Positions 33,997 to 45,500 of a stretch of DNA of 64,000 nt are shown here, piece by piece. A model generated the notes under the pieces. It saw nothing but the letters and a program-made list of their open reading frames with translations, had not been told where the DNA came from and made no database searches. Source of the stretch: Candidatus Micrarchaeota archaeon (GTDB taxonomy: Archaea; Micrarchaeota; Micrarchaeia; Norongarragalinales; SBBD01). The position numbers and the translations under genes were made by a program. Every line of letters starts with the position of its first letter. The stretch's first letter is position 1. The DNA lies in contig JAHJQN010000001.1 in the NCBI GenBank assembly GCA_018819225.1, forward strand, positions 70,527 to 134,526, given 5' to 3'.

Positions 33997-34311
33997 ATGG
34001 CAACCGTCGAACAAATCCAAAGAGTTTTGAAGAACGTCATAGATCCGGAACTCGGTATCAACATCGTGGACTTGGGGCTCGTATATCAGATCGAGGAAAA
34101 GCGCGGGCACGTGCACATCACAGCAACATTGACCACGCCGGCATGCCCCCTCGGACCACAAATCGTTCAATCCATTCAAAACGAGGTCAAACAACTGGAA
34201 AATGTGAAACGCGTGGAAGTGGAGTTTACGTTCGACCCGCCTTGGAATGAAAGTAAAATGAGCGCGGAAGGGAAAGCGGAACTGAAGGCGTTGAGGCAAG
34301 GATTCGTTTGA
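33997..34311 (+). CDS. DUF59 / SufT-like metal-sulfur cluster assembly factor
   Basis: VIDPELGINIVDLGLVY, TLTTPACP and FDPPW..MS motifs. Confidence 0.95.
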   Translation: MATVEQIQRVLKNVIDPELGINIVDLGLVYQIEEKRGHVHITATLTTPACPLGPQIVQSIQNEVKQLENVKRVEVEFTFDPPWNESKMSAEGKAELKALRQGFV

Positions 34312-34435
34312 GTGGGTGTGAACATGCCTTCAGCACATCGCGAAAGCGAATTTCGGCATTCCTGAAAAGTAGGCGACATGAAAAATCGGATTCGCGGAGC
34401 ATCGAAACCCGTGTTTTATATACCAAAGCAGTATA

Positions 34436-35308
34436 ATGAAAGGGATGGCGCGCTCGAAAAAAAAGAAAAAATTGGAAAAAAAGGTTTCCGTTAAGAGGGA
34501 AAATAGCGATACGCAGGAAAGGAAGTATAAACCCGCGGTAACGAAGAGTCTGGCGGAAGCCGGAACCACGGCAAAAGCCTATGCCGCCTACTTTGGAACG
34601 GATTGGAAAAAGATTACGGACGTGTATAAAATCGTGTACGCGGGCGACGCGAAAAACGTGAATACGGGAAGAATATCGGAAGTCACCCAATTGCTGTTTG
34701 TTGCGGGATTATTGGAGCGAAAGGAACGGGAAGCGCGATGGCCGGTATACCGCGCATCCCTCGAGTGGCTGTTCCAAGATTTTGCGGAAAGAAATGCGGC
34801 GTTAACTCCCGACGAGAAAACCGTTTTGCGGAAAGTGCTTTTTCCTTCCTCGGATCAATACAAGCAAATCTCGACATCATTTCAATTAAGTGAGGAGGAG
34901 TTAAAGGGGACGAAATCCTTTATTTCGACTCCCGAAAAAATCCGGGACTTTCTTCATGCATCGGTGACATTGGCCGTGTTCATGCTCGGGGATCCCAAGA
35001 GTGCGCTGCCGAAACCCGCCGTGTCTCATGCGCTGCTGAGAATCAAGAGAAACTTGGGCATGTACGAGGGAAAAGAGCCTGAAATACCGCAAGCGCAGGA
35101 AGAACCAGCGAAAAAGGCGGGAGGGGAAGAAGAAGTGGAGGAAGGTCCGTATGTCGAATCGTTCGCCTCCTATTTATTGCTGAAATACCGGACGTCGTTG
35201 AGAGACCATATTCCACCTCAACACACGCTTCTTTCGAAAATGGTGCGTACGCTATACGATGCGCGAACCGCGGAACTCATTTGGAGTCAAATGCAGGCGA
35301 GGGCATGA
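34436..35308 (+). CDS. Hypothetical protein with Lys-rich N-terminus and possible winged-helix domain
   Basis: 290-aa ORF with a TTTTATA box upstream (~34414); RISEVTQLLFVAGLLE...PVYRA resembles a wHTH wing. Confidence 0.65.
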   Translation: MKGMARSKKKKKLEKKVSVKRENSDTQERKYKPAVTKSLAEAGTTAKAYAAYFGTDWKKITDVYKIVYAGDAKNVNTGRISEVTQLLFVAGLLERKEREARWPVYRASLEWLFQDFAERNAALTPDEKTVLRKVLFPSSDQYKQISTSFQLSEEELKGTKSFISTPEKIRDFLHASVTLAVFMLGDPKSALPKPAVSHALLRIKRNLGMYEGKEPEIPQAQEEPAKKAGGEEEVEEGPYVESFASYLLLKYRTSLRDHIPPQHTLLSKMVRTLYDARTAELIWSQMQARA

Positions 35309-35339
35309 AACGAGTCGAAATCAAGAACGGAATGACCGG

Positions 35340-35981
35340 CTATGAGCGAGATCCGTTTCGTGGTTTGAAAACCTTGTAAGCCCAATACCCGTTCGGTCCG
35401 CTTGAATGAGTCGTCGGCGATTCGAGAAATATCCACGCGGGATCTTTTCGGACCATGCGCATACTCTTTGCCCCCTCCAGAATGAAAACCACTGCCGCAG
35501 AAAAATGTTCGCGGACAAAGGCTTCCTGCTGTTCCACGTGACGCGTGCCGAGCCGCAGTCTTTGAGAAGCGCTCTTCTGGAAATCTGGATGGACCGCCAG
35601 CCCTCCAATAAAAGCGACGTGTTCGGCGCGAATACCGGGAGAATGTTTTCGAATCTCGTCTAATAGTGTAGGTTCGAATGGGAGTAGATGGTCGGGGTTT
35701 TCTTTTAACCAGAATGGGAGAGGCGTCGAATAACTGATTCCTGCAAGGGTTTCGGTTCCTCTTCGCGGTTGAACAAATGAACCGATCACGTTCGAACGGG
35801 GATGTTCAGCCATGTGATTCAGTTCGGAACGAAGACTTCGAACCGATTCAATAGGGGTTTTAAGGTCGCGATAGGTTGGGAGCCCTCCGAGCGTGCGATC
35901 TTCCTTGAAGGCGCGAAGGGAAAGGCGCACCGCATCAACCAGATGCTCTTTTCGAAGGGGCCTGAATTCAATGCGAGGCAT
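35340..35981 (-). CDS. Hypothetical GNAT-like protein
   Basis: MPRIEFRPL...AFIGGLAVHPDFQK...LGT resembles GNAT motif A. Start moved to ATG 35981. Confidence 0.6.
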   Translation of the reverse strand: MPRIEFRPLRKEHLVDAVRLSLRAFKEDRTLGGLPTYRDLKTPIESVRSLRSELNHMAEHPRSNVIGSFVQPRRGTETLAGISYSTPLPFWLKENPDHLLPFEPTLLDEIRKHSPGIRAEHVAFIGGLAVHPDFQKSASQRLRLGTRHVEQQEAFVREHFSAAVVFILEGAKSMRMVRKDPAWIFLESPTTHSSGPNGYWAYKVFKPRNGSRS

Positions 35982-36032
35982 AGCCACATGAATGGGAAGA
36001 ATGGTTATAAAGGGTTTTTGCGTACGAGGTAC

Positions 36033-37421
36033 ATGCACGGGATGAAGGGATTGATTTTCCTCCTATTCGTTGTCAGCATATTTTCGATGCCAGCGGAAGC
36101 GAAATCATTGCAGGACGAGATTCGGGCATATTTGAATAAGGAGGAGGTGGCGTCGTATCAAGTCGTGGATTTCAATAATTCGCGGTATATTGTCGTGGAA
36201 GTGCAAGGCGACCCAAAGCTCGTATTCAATGTGGAAGCGGAACTCGTGACCGATGCCAAAGAAATCGAAGAAGTGCTGGACGCGTATTATACTCAAGTGG
36301 AGGAAGGGGCGTTCACGACGCGAGCGGCCGAAGACATGAAAGAAGAGTTCGAGGATACGTTTGCGGCGTTCCAACGATGCAATGCGACGTACTACGAATT
36401 CATTGAAACCAATTACTTGTGGGAAGGATTTCGGTGCGTGGAACCCAACGTGGGGCGGGCATGCGATGCCTCGACCGCACTACGGAAAGCGCTTTCCAGA
36501 CAATTCATTCAATTGAAAGGCTCCGTGGACGGATTACCGAATGCCATGGAAAAAGGGGCCACGGAAAATACATTGAATGCGTTGCGGACGATGGTGAGGC
36601 TGAGTAACGAAACGTACGAAAATGCGAGCGCGTGGGACCCGTACTACAAATACTTCTTTGGAAAGCGCATGGTGGATGACAACGAATGCGGATTGGATCC
36701 GTTGCGATTGAAGGGCATGGTGGACCAAATCGCGCCGTCCATTGAAACCCGTTACGTGAATCAAAGTACGAACGCGTCGGATCTCGCTCAAGAAACGGTG
36801 CGGCGGCGGGACTACTCCGCGATTCGAGGGTTGCAGGTGCGCGGAGAGGACGCCATGGATACCGCGCGTCGGAGTGCAGCGGAAGTGAAGTCGCGTTTCG
36901 GGGGATACGGATTTCCAACCGAGACGTTCGACCAAGAACTCATTCAAATGGAGCGCATTTTATTGGATTTAGAGGCCGCGCAGACTCCGGAGGAAGCGGA
37001 AGCCCATTTGAACAGCTTGTTTTCCGCGGTGGCGGAATTTAACGGATTGGAAGCGAAATACGAGTTATTGATTCCGGTGTACGCCGAATTGACGGAAAAC
37101 ATGAGAGAAACCGATCGTTTGATTACGGACACGAAACTGGGCTACGATTACGATGAGGGCGCGCTCGCTGCGTTGGAAGAGGACTTGAATTTATTGAAAG
37201 ATGAAATCGGTTTGCAGAATGAACTCGTGCGGGACGGGGGAAGTCTCGAGATTGAAACGCTGGAGGAATTGAATGCGAAAGCCGTGGTGTTAAAAATTCG
37301 GGCGGGCGGTGAAGAGGAGAGCGAGCCGTTTTGGTGGATGGACGCATTCCCCATTCTCGCCATTTTTATTGTCGCGTTGGGCGTGGCGCTCGTATATTTA
37401 TTCAAGATTCGTCGTCACTGA
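36033..37421 (+). CDS. Secreted, C-terminally anchored coiled-coil protein
   Basis: The likely start is ATG 36033 or 36042 (signal peptide MKGLIFLLFVVSIFSMPAEA). Acidic helical/coiled-coil body, C-terminal TM and KIRRH tail. Confidence 0.8.
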   Translation: MHGMKGLIFLLFVVSIFSMPAEAKSLQDEIRAYLNKEEVASYQVVDFNNSRYIVVEVQGDPKLVFNVEAELVTDAKEIEEVLDAYYTQVEEGAFTTRAAEDMKEEFEDTFAAFQRCNATYYEFIETNYLWEGFRCVEPNVGRACDASTALRKALSRQFIQLKGSVDGLPNAMEKGATENTLNALRTMVRLSNETYENASAWDPYYKYFFGKRMVDDNECGLDPLRLKGMVDQIAPSIETRYVNQSTNASDLAQETVRRRDYSAIRGLQVRGEDAMDTARRSAAEVKSRFGGYGFPTETFDQELIQMERILLDLEAAQTPEEAEAHLNSLFSAVAEFNGLEAKYELLIPVYAELTENMRETDRLITDTKLGYDYDEGALAALEEDLNLLKDEIGLQNELVRDGGSLEIETLEELNAKAVVLKIRAGGEEESEPFWWMDAFPILAIFIVALGVALVYLFKIRRH

Positions 37422-37462
37422 ACGCCGGGAATACGGAAAGCTATTTAAAGCACCCGAAAGTA

Positions 37463-37795
37463 ATGCAACGCGAGGGGTTCGTTGTGGATGTGAATCAATT
37501 CGTGGCATACGGATTCGTAGTCGGTTTAATCGCCTATTCCGTGCTCGCCTATCATGCGCACCGCAACATGCGGAACATGATCAAGGGACTCGATAAGGAA
37601 AAGCATCGCATGACCAAGCTCGAGAACCACGTCTCGGAACTCGATCGCGATGTCAAGCATTTGAAGCATTCCATGGCGCAGAAAGTCGAACGGCGGAGTC
37701 TGGAACGCATTTTTGCGGAAACCATCGAGTTCATTGAACGGAACAGCGCGAAAGTGGCCGTGGCTCAGACGCGCGTACCCGCCAAGAGATCGTGA
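37463..37795 (+). CDS. Small single-TM coiled-coil protein
   Basis: TM (FVAYGFVVGLIAYSVLAY) followed by heptad repeats. TTTAAA box at ~37444. The track's N-terminal extension overlaps the previous gene. Confidence 0.7.
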   Translation: MQREGFVVDVNQFVAYGFVVGLIAYSVLAYHAHRNMRNMIKGLDKEKHRMTKLENHVSELDRDVKHLKHSMAQKVERRSLERIFAETIEFIERNSAKVAVAQTRVPAKRS

Positions 37796-38082
37796 ATAAC
37801 ATGGCGTTCGAGGGTCTGACACTGGAGTCCATCATTCTCATCCTCCTGTTTCTGGGGGTCACGTACTGGTTAATTCACCTCATCCGCCAGCTCAACCGCA
37901 CCACCAAAAAAAGTTTTTCAGAGATCACGCACCACATGAACCGCTTGGAGCAACAATACGTGAAGATTCGTCCGGAGTTGGATGAGATGCGCGCGGTCAT
38001 GGACACGAAAGTCGATTACGATTACTTGGAGCGAAAAATGCATGAGCTCGTCAAGATCGTGATGCGCAGAAAACGCGGCTAA
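37792..38082 (+). CDS. Small single-TM coiled-coil protein, probable paralogue of the preceding gene
   Basis: GTGA start/stop overlap; TM plus coiled coil; TKVDYDYLERKMHELV vs QKVERRSLERIFAETI. Confidence 0.75.
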   Translation: MNNMAFEGLTLESIILILLFLGVTYWLIHLIRQLNRTTKKSFSEITHHMNRLEQQYVKIRPELDEMRAVMDTKVDYDYLERKMHELVKIVMRRKRG

Positions 38083-38087
38083 TTGAT

Positions 38088-39578
38088 TCACTTGAAAACT
38101 TTTGAGACGCGTAGCCACAGCTCGTCGACCGCATCATTCACTCCCCGGCTCGTGGTCACAAAGTCCTTCATGTCCTTGAGCAGGCGGTCCGAATAGTACG
38201 CCATGACCAAGAGCATGACGAGCGCGAGAATGAACGCGAGCAGGAACAAGTAGACGAAGAGCCAGCGCAAATCCAGATCAATGGAGCGGCTTGGGAACGT
38301 AATGCCCGCGTACACTTCCGTAAAGAAAGTGGCTTCGACATCGTAGTTTCCCTCCGAAGGCGGGTCTTCCCAATTCATTCGGAAATCCGTTAACGCTTTC
38401 GGGTAGACGACCATGGGATCCGACTGCAGGGTTCGAATCACGTTGCCCGCCGAATCTCGAATCGTAAATAGAACGTAAACCGGCAGCTCAATGTTTCCCA
38501 CATTCTCGAACGTGGCGTGTAAGTCAACGGATGGCGCGACCTGGTTCCGCGAAGCCACTAAGGCCCCCGTGGCTTTTCCAAGGGATTGGCCGAAATCCGC
38601 TTGAAGCCCCGTGATTTTTCCCGCGTAATGCGGTTGAGGCAACCGGTAGCCCTGCAAACGCATTTCAATGTCCTGGCGTTGCATGGCTTCATTGCCTTCC
38701 GTTCGAATCGTGCCAAATTTTACGTAAATGCGTGCGCCCGTCCGGTCCTTGATGAAGAATCCGGGGGAAGCGATGCCGTTTCCGATGCCTAACAAGTACT
38801 CGAGTCCCGCCTCATTCACGAGATTCGAGGTTTGCACGAGCGAATACGAACCGATTTCCGGTACGAGAAAGACGGCGTTCTCGCGCGCATTGAGAATCGT
38901 CAACTCGAGAATGTCACCCGTGGTAATCAATGCCTGACTCGGCTTTTCAATATTGAACGCATACGAGTTCGCGTAATAGTTGGTATCAAACTCGTCAATT
39001 CCGTTCAAGCGTTCCACGGGATAATTGCGGAGTTCGCTCATCACTTCAGGACCTAAACGGCCTATAGCGTATACGGTGGAAGGCTGGATGCGGGCCAATG
39101 ATTGAATGACGGGCTGAGGGAGCTCTCGAACGCGTTTCGCGTAAACGATGGGGGCTTGATCCACAATGGATAGATAGCGAGCTGAAAGAGCATCGAAAGC
39201 GAAATCGTCGCGCACCACGATCACGGAATCCGGTTGCAGTTTCTCCGCAAGCAATCCCGAGAGCTCGTATTGATCGACATATTCCACGTCGCGGATGTCG
39301 ATATCAAGTTGACGCAATTGGTACGTAAAACTGGGGACCGGATTGTCGATGCGGCTGTAGAGCTCGACTTGCGCAATATCCTGAGACGTTAATTCGTGCA
39401 AGGTTCCGCTGATCGAATGGATGTCTTGAACGTAACGCATGATATAGCCTTTCTGGTAAGCGTAAAGACTCGCCACGTAGGCATCCCGCCAATCGTTCGA
39501 GTTGACGAGTACCGCGGTTTGCGCGTTCGCGAGCGCTAGGAAAACGAACAGCCATCCAATGATTAACTTCGAACCCAT
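38088..39578 (-). CDS. Secreted/membrane-anchored protein with cell-wall-binding repeat 2 (CWB2)-like region, Ig-like domain and C-terminal TM
   Basis: Signal peptide MGSKLIIGWLFVFLALANAQ; DFAFDALSA...APIVY...STVYAIG...VERLNGIDEFDT resembles CWB2 (F.DALSA..PILL..RI.G.DRY.T); FENVGN beta-sandwich; C-terminal TM. Confidence 0.7.
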   Translation of the reverse strand: MGSKLIIGWLFVFLALANAQTAVLVNSNDWRDAYVASLYAYQKGYIMRYVQDIHSISGTLHELTSQDIAQVELYSRIDNPVPSFTYQLRQLDIDIRDVEYVDQYELSGLLAEKLQPDSVIVVRDDFAFDALSARYLSIVDQAPIVYAKRVRELPQPVIQSLARIQPSTVYAIGRLGPEVMSELRNYPVERLNGIDEFDTNYYANSYAFNIEKPSQALITTGDILELTILNARENAVFLVPEIGSYSLVQTSNLVNEAGLEYLLGIGNGIASPGFFIKDRTGARIYVKFGTIRTEGNEAMQRQDIEMRLQGYRLPQPHYAGKITGLQADFGQSLGKATGALVASRNQVAPSVDLHATFENVGNIELPVYVLFTIRDSAGNVIRTLQSDPMVVYPKALTDFRMNWEDPPSEGNYDVEATFFTEVYAGITFPSRSIDLDLRWLFVYLFLLAFILALVMLLVMAYYSDRLLKDMKDFVTTSRGVNDAVDELWLRVSKVFK

Positions 39579-39588
39579 TTTTCCCCTC

Positions 39589-42500
39589 TCATTCTTCAAC
39601 CCAGAAGTCGACGAAATCCTCAAGTGATTTTGGAAATGCGATCTCGTAATCGCTGGATCCGCCCTCGAAATTCGCGGCATCCGGATTTAGGTCTGCGCAG
39701 AATATAATGGTATCGCCGGCGGAAAACGCGGAAGAGTCATCCTCGTCGGAATACATGACGCCGATGTTCCAGTTTCCGTCGGTCGTAATCATGTAATTGA
39801 CGCCGGACAGCCCGCAAAGGTTCCCGCCGGAGTTATTGTAATTATTCTCCAGGAGATCTTCCACGTAAAAAAGACCCAGGCCCGAGTCTATTGCGGGCAT
39901 ATCCGCCGCATCATCTGCAGCCGTTAATTTGCTCCACGTCGGCGTGTCGCCTTGTTTCGTAATAAATACGGTTCCCGTGTTTTGCCGTTTAGCATAGGCC
40001 TCCGAGGATTCGGGGCCCGTTTCAGAATTGAGGCGTTGCGTACTAATCCCGTAAAATCCGACGTATTGACCGCTTCCCCCAATGGGGTTCGGAGGCAGTT
40101 TAACGAACACGTTCAACAACGGGAACGGATCTTCCCATCCCTCGTTTCCTTTCGTATCGTTGGCGTAGGTAGTATTGACGGTTAGGTTGCTTCCGATAAA
40201 TGAAACATTGACTTCAACGCCCCAACGATTGTCATTGGCGACTCCGGCATTGCAACCCGTATCGCTCATCGTCCAGTTTTGAGCGGTTCCGTTGGGGAAC
40301 GTTATCATGGCCCAGACGCGATCCAAACCGCCTTTGTCTCCTGCAGAAGCGTTCACGCAAATCGTGGTATTCACGGTCGCATTCGAAGTATTGACGTACG
40401 TGCTGTTCACAATCGGATAGGTTTTCACGGGGCCGAGGGGCGCAAACGGAGTGGAGTTAATGGATCCGTTGGCCCATATGCGCCACCAAACCGTCTCCCC
40501 TTCCGCTGAAACCGGTACTTCAATAGTTATGTTCGCCCACGAATTATTTTGTTCACTGAAAGAGGCATTGCTGGCATTCTCAAAACTCAGGGAAGCGTTC
40601 CATTCCAGCCAATACCATTCAAGACCGGAATCATCAAACCAATAACTGAAGAAAGTGACATTGTCAAGGACTTCGGGGGAGGAATTATCGACCCCCAAGT
40701 ATATAGGGGACTCGTTGTGGTAAGGCGCATCGTTCTTGACGGTGAAATTGAGCGCGGGCCAAGGGGATTGCTCTCCTTCATTGAGAACGGTATCATTTCC
40801 GAACGTAGTGTTTATGGTCAAGTTTCCAACAACAAGTCCTACATCGACCTCCACGCCATACCAATTATCGTCCGCTACACCTGCATCGCATCCCGTATCG
40901 CTCAAGGTTAAGTTGATTGCGGTTCCGTTCGGGTAGTTGACCATGATCCATGCCGCATCAATTCCGCTGGGGTCACCAACAGTTGCATTGATGCAAATGG
41001 TTTCATTAATGGTTACGTTTCCTTGCGTGAAATTGGCGGAGGTGGTGTTGATCGTTGGAGACTGGTTGGTGACGACAACGAAACCAAAATCAGTAGTATT
41101 CCAGATATTGTTCGAATCATTGGCGTGAAACTGGTATCCGAACGTTTTTCCTTCGCAGCCTACGGGGATAACCTTGGAGGTATTCGTCCAGTTCTGGCTC
41201 TGGAATTCCGCTTCCGTGTCATTTTGGAACCCGAGTTCACCACATTGGCTTCCGGTGGCATTCCAGGAAAAGGTGTAAAGACTCAAGTTGCTGAGTTCGT
41301 CCCACCATTGAGAATACATGAGTACCGGATCAGCGACCGTGATGGAACCCGAGGCGTTGTCTCCCAGATTCTGGTAAAGTGGCGGGAATACGTCGCTGTC
41401 GTCGTACAACACCCCAGTTGCATTGAATACGATCATGACAACGCTCTCGGGATTGTGACTCCTTTCCGTGTCGAGTACTTGATCTTCATCAATGTGCATG
41501 GATACAATAGTGCTCCACCAGTAAGGAATTACGTCGGCCAGCACGGCCCAACCGCCATTGGCTCCGGATCGAAGCGTTTGTTGAATGACTCCGGAAACGG
41601 GTTCCTGATTCAGGTTGTGCGTTACGTTGTAGTCACCGTTGTCGTGGCCGCGTACACCCGCTCCGGAAACCGCGCTGTAATTAATGCCGGCGGTATTATT
41701 GACGCCGATGGCCCAGGCGATCCAACCGACTTGTTCCGTTCCATGTAAAGTTGAACGCACTTCCGCGTTTTCCAAAGCAAGCTGGAAGCTGGCAGTACCA
41801 ACCGAATTTTCAATGGTTTCAATCCACGTGGGATCATTTTGCGTCTGTACCGAGGAGATTACCGCCGGATTCACTGAAAACGAATTGGCGTACGTGATGG
41901 TATCGTAACAAGTTCCAGGAGTGGAAGCGCCCTGCTGGCAGTTGGACGTGAAATTTCCTGCCTCGATGTAGGTGTTGGACATGTTCAGGTTGTGGCCGCC
42001 GCGCTCAACTGCCAACCAATATACGGTATCATTCCAATCCACGAGCGTTTCGTTGGGTTGTTGAATGCGGGCGTAGAAGCCCGTTCCGTTCACGTCGTAA
42101 ATACGCACGGAATAGGAATTTGGACTCGTGTGATTATGAATGGCCACGACAACAGGACGGTATAACGCGAAAGTGAAATCAACCCATACGGAAGCGTTGC
42201 TCACGGAATTAATCACACCTACTTCTCCTACGATATTGTCGCCTGGAGGAGGCTGTTGTTCCACGCTCACAACTACGTTGGGATAGGGATCCTCATAACC
42301 GAGATTTCCGAGGGTATCGTTTGAGAAGGTGGTATTGATCCGCAAAACGCCTTCAACGCTGCTGACGTTTACCGCGCCCCCATATCGGTTATCGTTTGAT
42401 CCGCCCGCATTACAACCCGTATCCGATAGAGAGATGTTGGCAGACGTTCCATTCGGGAAAGTAATCGCGGCCCAAACTTCGGAAACACCAACTCCTTGAT

Positions 42501-45500
42501 CTCCAGAAGATGCGTTGATGCAGATCAGCGTGTCCAGATATGCGGATCCCTTGTCGGAAGCCGTGGAATTGATTTCAGGGGATAAATTGGCGATCGTTAC
42601 ATAAAAGAATGACTCGGGTGTGAACACATTGAATGAGTCATTGGCCCAAGGCTTGCCGGCAATGATTTCTCCTTCCATGTTGGCCGGAACCATAACGGAA
42701 TAATTACTCCACGTATTGTTTGTTGGCGAGAACACAATGGCGGATTCGTTAGCCATACTGCCCGTGCCGTTCCATTCAAGAATGTGCGTGCTGAGAGCAA
42801 TATCATCGTACCAATAAGCGTAAAAGTCGATTTGATCCGTTGAATTGATTTCCGTATCATTGACTCCTTTGTAGACCGCATTCGGATTCGAGTAAGGGGC
42901 GTTGTTGAATACCGTGATGTTGATTGCGGGCCAAGGCGTTTGTTTGCCTTCATTACCGAGCGTATCGTTTGCGAAAGTGGTGTTGATGGTCGCCGTGCCT
43001 AAGGAATTGCCCGTATCGATTTCAAGGCCGTACACGTTATCTCCAGCACCGCCTGCTCCGCACCCGGTATCACTTAAACTCCAATTGAAAATGGACGCGT
43101 TGGGATAGGTAATGAGAATCCATACTTCATCCAAACCCATCCCCGCATCTCCTGCAGTAGCGGTCACGCAAGCGCGATGGGAGGGACGTAAATTCGTGGC
43201 GTTGGAAGCCGTGGAGTTAATGACTGGAGAAACGTTCTGGATGTAGAGATAGGTGAAGGGGGTCACGTTGAATTGATTCGCGGAATCGTTTGCCCAAATT
43301 CGTCCGGCTAAAACGTTTCCTTCCTGGATCGCTGGAATCTGCACGGTTTCATTTCCCCACGTGTCGTTTCCAAAAGAAAAGTCCGTCCACGAAACATTTT
43401 CCATGCTTCCGGACGCATTCCATTCCAGCGAATAGGTGCTGAGCAGCGCGTCGTCGTACCAATAACTGAAGAATTTTACGTTTTGCAGAGTAACGGGGGC
43501 CGTATCATCCGCACCCAAGTATGCCGGATCGTCCGGGTAGAATGGGGGTTGGTTTCCGATCGTAACGTTAAGAGCCGGCCAAGGCGTTTCTTCTCCTTCA
43601 TTGCCAAGCGAATCGTTCGCAAAAGTGGCATTGATTGTCAGATCTCCGAGAATGGTCCCGACCGCGATTTCACGGCCATAACGGTTATCACCCACTCCCC
43701 CTGCATTGCAGCCCGTGTCGCTTAAACTCCAGTTGAATATGGAACTGTTGGGATAGGTGACCGTGACCCAAACTTTATCAACCCCAACACCCAAATCGCC
43801 GGCACTCGCATTGACGCAGATGCGGCTGTTGACAATGACTCCCGAAGAATTAACTTCAGAAGAATTCAGAACAGGAGGAGCTTGTTGAACCACGAGATAA
43901 GAAAACGGGGTACTGTTGAATTGGTCCGTCGTGTCATTGGTCCAAATGTTTCCTGAAATATTTTTTCCTTCCGAACTTCCTGGAAGTTCAATACTGTAAT
44001 TTCCCCATGTATCGTTGGAGGGAGAGAAGACCGTCCAATCTTGATACTCGAAGCTTCCGGTCTCGTTCCATCTCAAAGTATACGTGCTCAACGAAACGTC
44101 GTCATACCAGTAACTGTAAATCAGCAATCGATCATGCGGATCCGGAGTACTTACGTTAGCCCCCCAGTAAACGGTATTGATTTCGTAGTAAGGAGGCGTA
44201 TCTGGAGGGACATCAATTTGCACTTGAAGCAATGGTCGTGGACTCTCGAAATCTTCATTTCCGACGGTGTCGTTTGCATACGTGGTATTGATGGTCAAGT
44301 TTCCTAAGGCGGTACCTACGCTGATTTGTCTACCCCAGCGATTATCATCGGCCCCCCCTGCATTACAGCCGCCATCCAACAGCGTATAATTGATGAGCGA
44401 ACCATTCGGGTAATTCACGAGTGCCCAGACGCGATCCAAACCGGCTCCCGCATCTCCGGCGGATGCATTAATGCAGATGAGCGAGTTTTGGTAAACGAAA
44501 TTGCTGTCCACTTCCGTTGCATTGACGAGAGGCGTTTGATTCAAGATGTTCACGAAGAAGAATTCCGTTACGTTGAATTGATTGGTGCTGTCATTCGCCC
44601 ACATTCTTCCGCCCAGAACCTCTCCTTCAATAGCGGCTGGAACGGAAATGGTGAGGTTGCCCCACGTATCATTAGAGGGAGAGAATACGACAGCGGATTC
44701 ATTGGCCATGCTTGCGGATCCATTCCATTCCAAGAAGTAAGTGCTCAACGCACTTTCATCATACCAGTAGGTGTAGAACAAGATTTGGTCCCTTGCATCT
44801 GCATCCGTAGTGTTCAAACCGCGGTAACCGTTTGTTGCATTATAATAGGGAGGCAGGTTCGGAGCAGTGATTGAAATATTCCATGCCGGCCAAGGCGTTT
44901 CCTCGCCCTCATTTCCAATCGTGTCATTGGCGAACGATGCGTTAATCGTCAGCGTTCCGGGATCCGTTCCGACGTTGATCGAACGCCCCCAGTAAATGTC
45001 TCCGGCGCCTCCGGCATTGCAACCGAGATCGCTTAAACTCCAGTTGAAAATCGAGGTGTTCGGATACGTCAGGGAAACCCAAACCTCGTCAATACCCGCG
45101 CCGGCATCGCCTGCGGTAACATTCACGCAAATTTCATCCGTGTATATCGCGACAGAATCGTTAATGCCCGTGGTATTTACCAACGGGCTTTGGTTCTGGA
45201 CGGAAACGAGGTTAAAAGCCGTAACATTGAACTGATTATTGGAATCGTTGACCCATATTCTTCCCCAGACTTCCTTTCCTTCTTGCGAAGGATCAATAAC
45301 ATCGGTTTGATTGGCCCACGAATCGTTGGTGAAGAAGAAATCGGTTTGCGAGCCATTGGTCAACGCGCCTGAGAAATTCGTTTCAAGGAAGAACGAACTG
45401 AGCGCCAAATCATCCCACCAGTAGCTGAAGAAAAGAATTTGGTCGTTCACTTCAGCCGTGGAGGTGTTGGCGCCGAGGTAAATGGGGTCAATGGAATAAT

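Noticed and set aside
35802-36032. N-terminal extension of the 539-aa ORF (similar extensions at 39579-39680, 51378-51644, 37331-37462, 28819-28884 and 21463-21510)
   Set aside because: These extensions overlap neighbouring genes or promoters. Downstream ATGs give proper signal peptides or family-typical N-termini.
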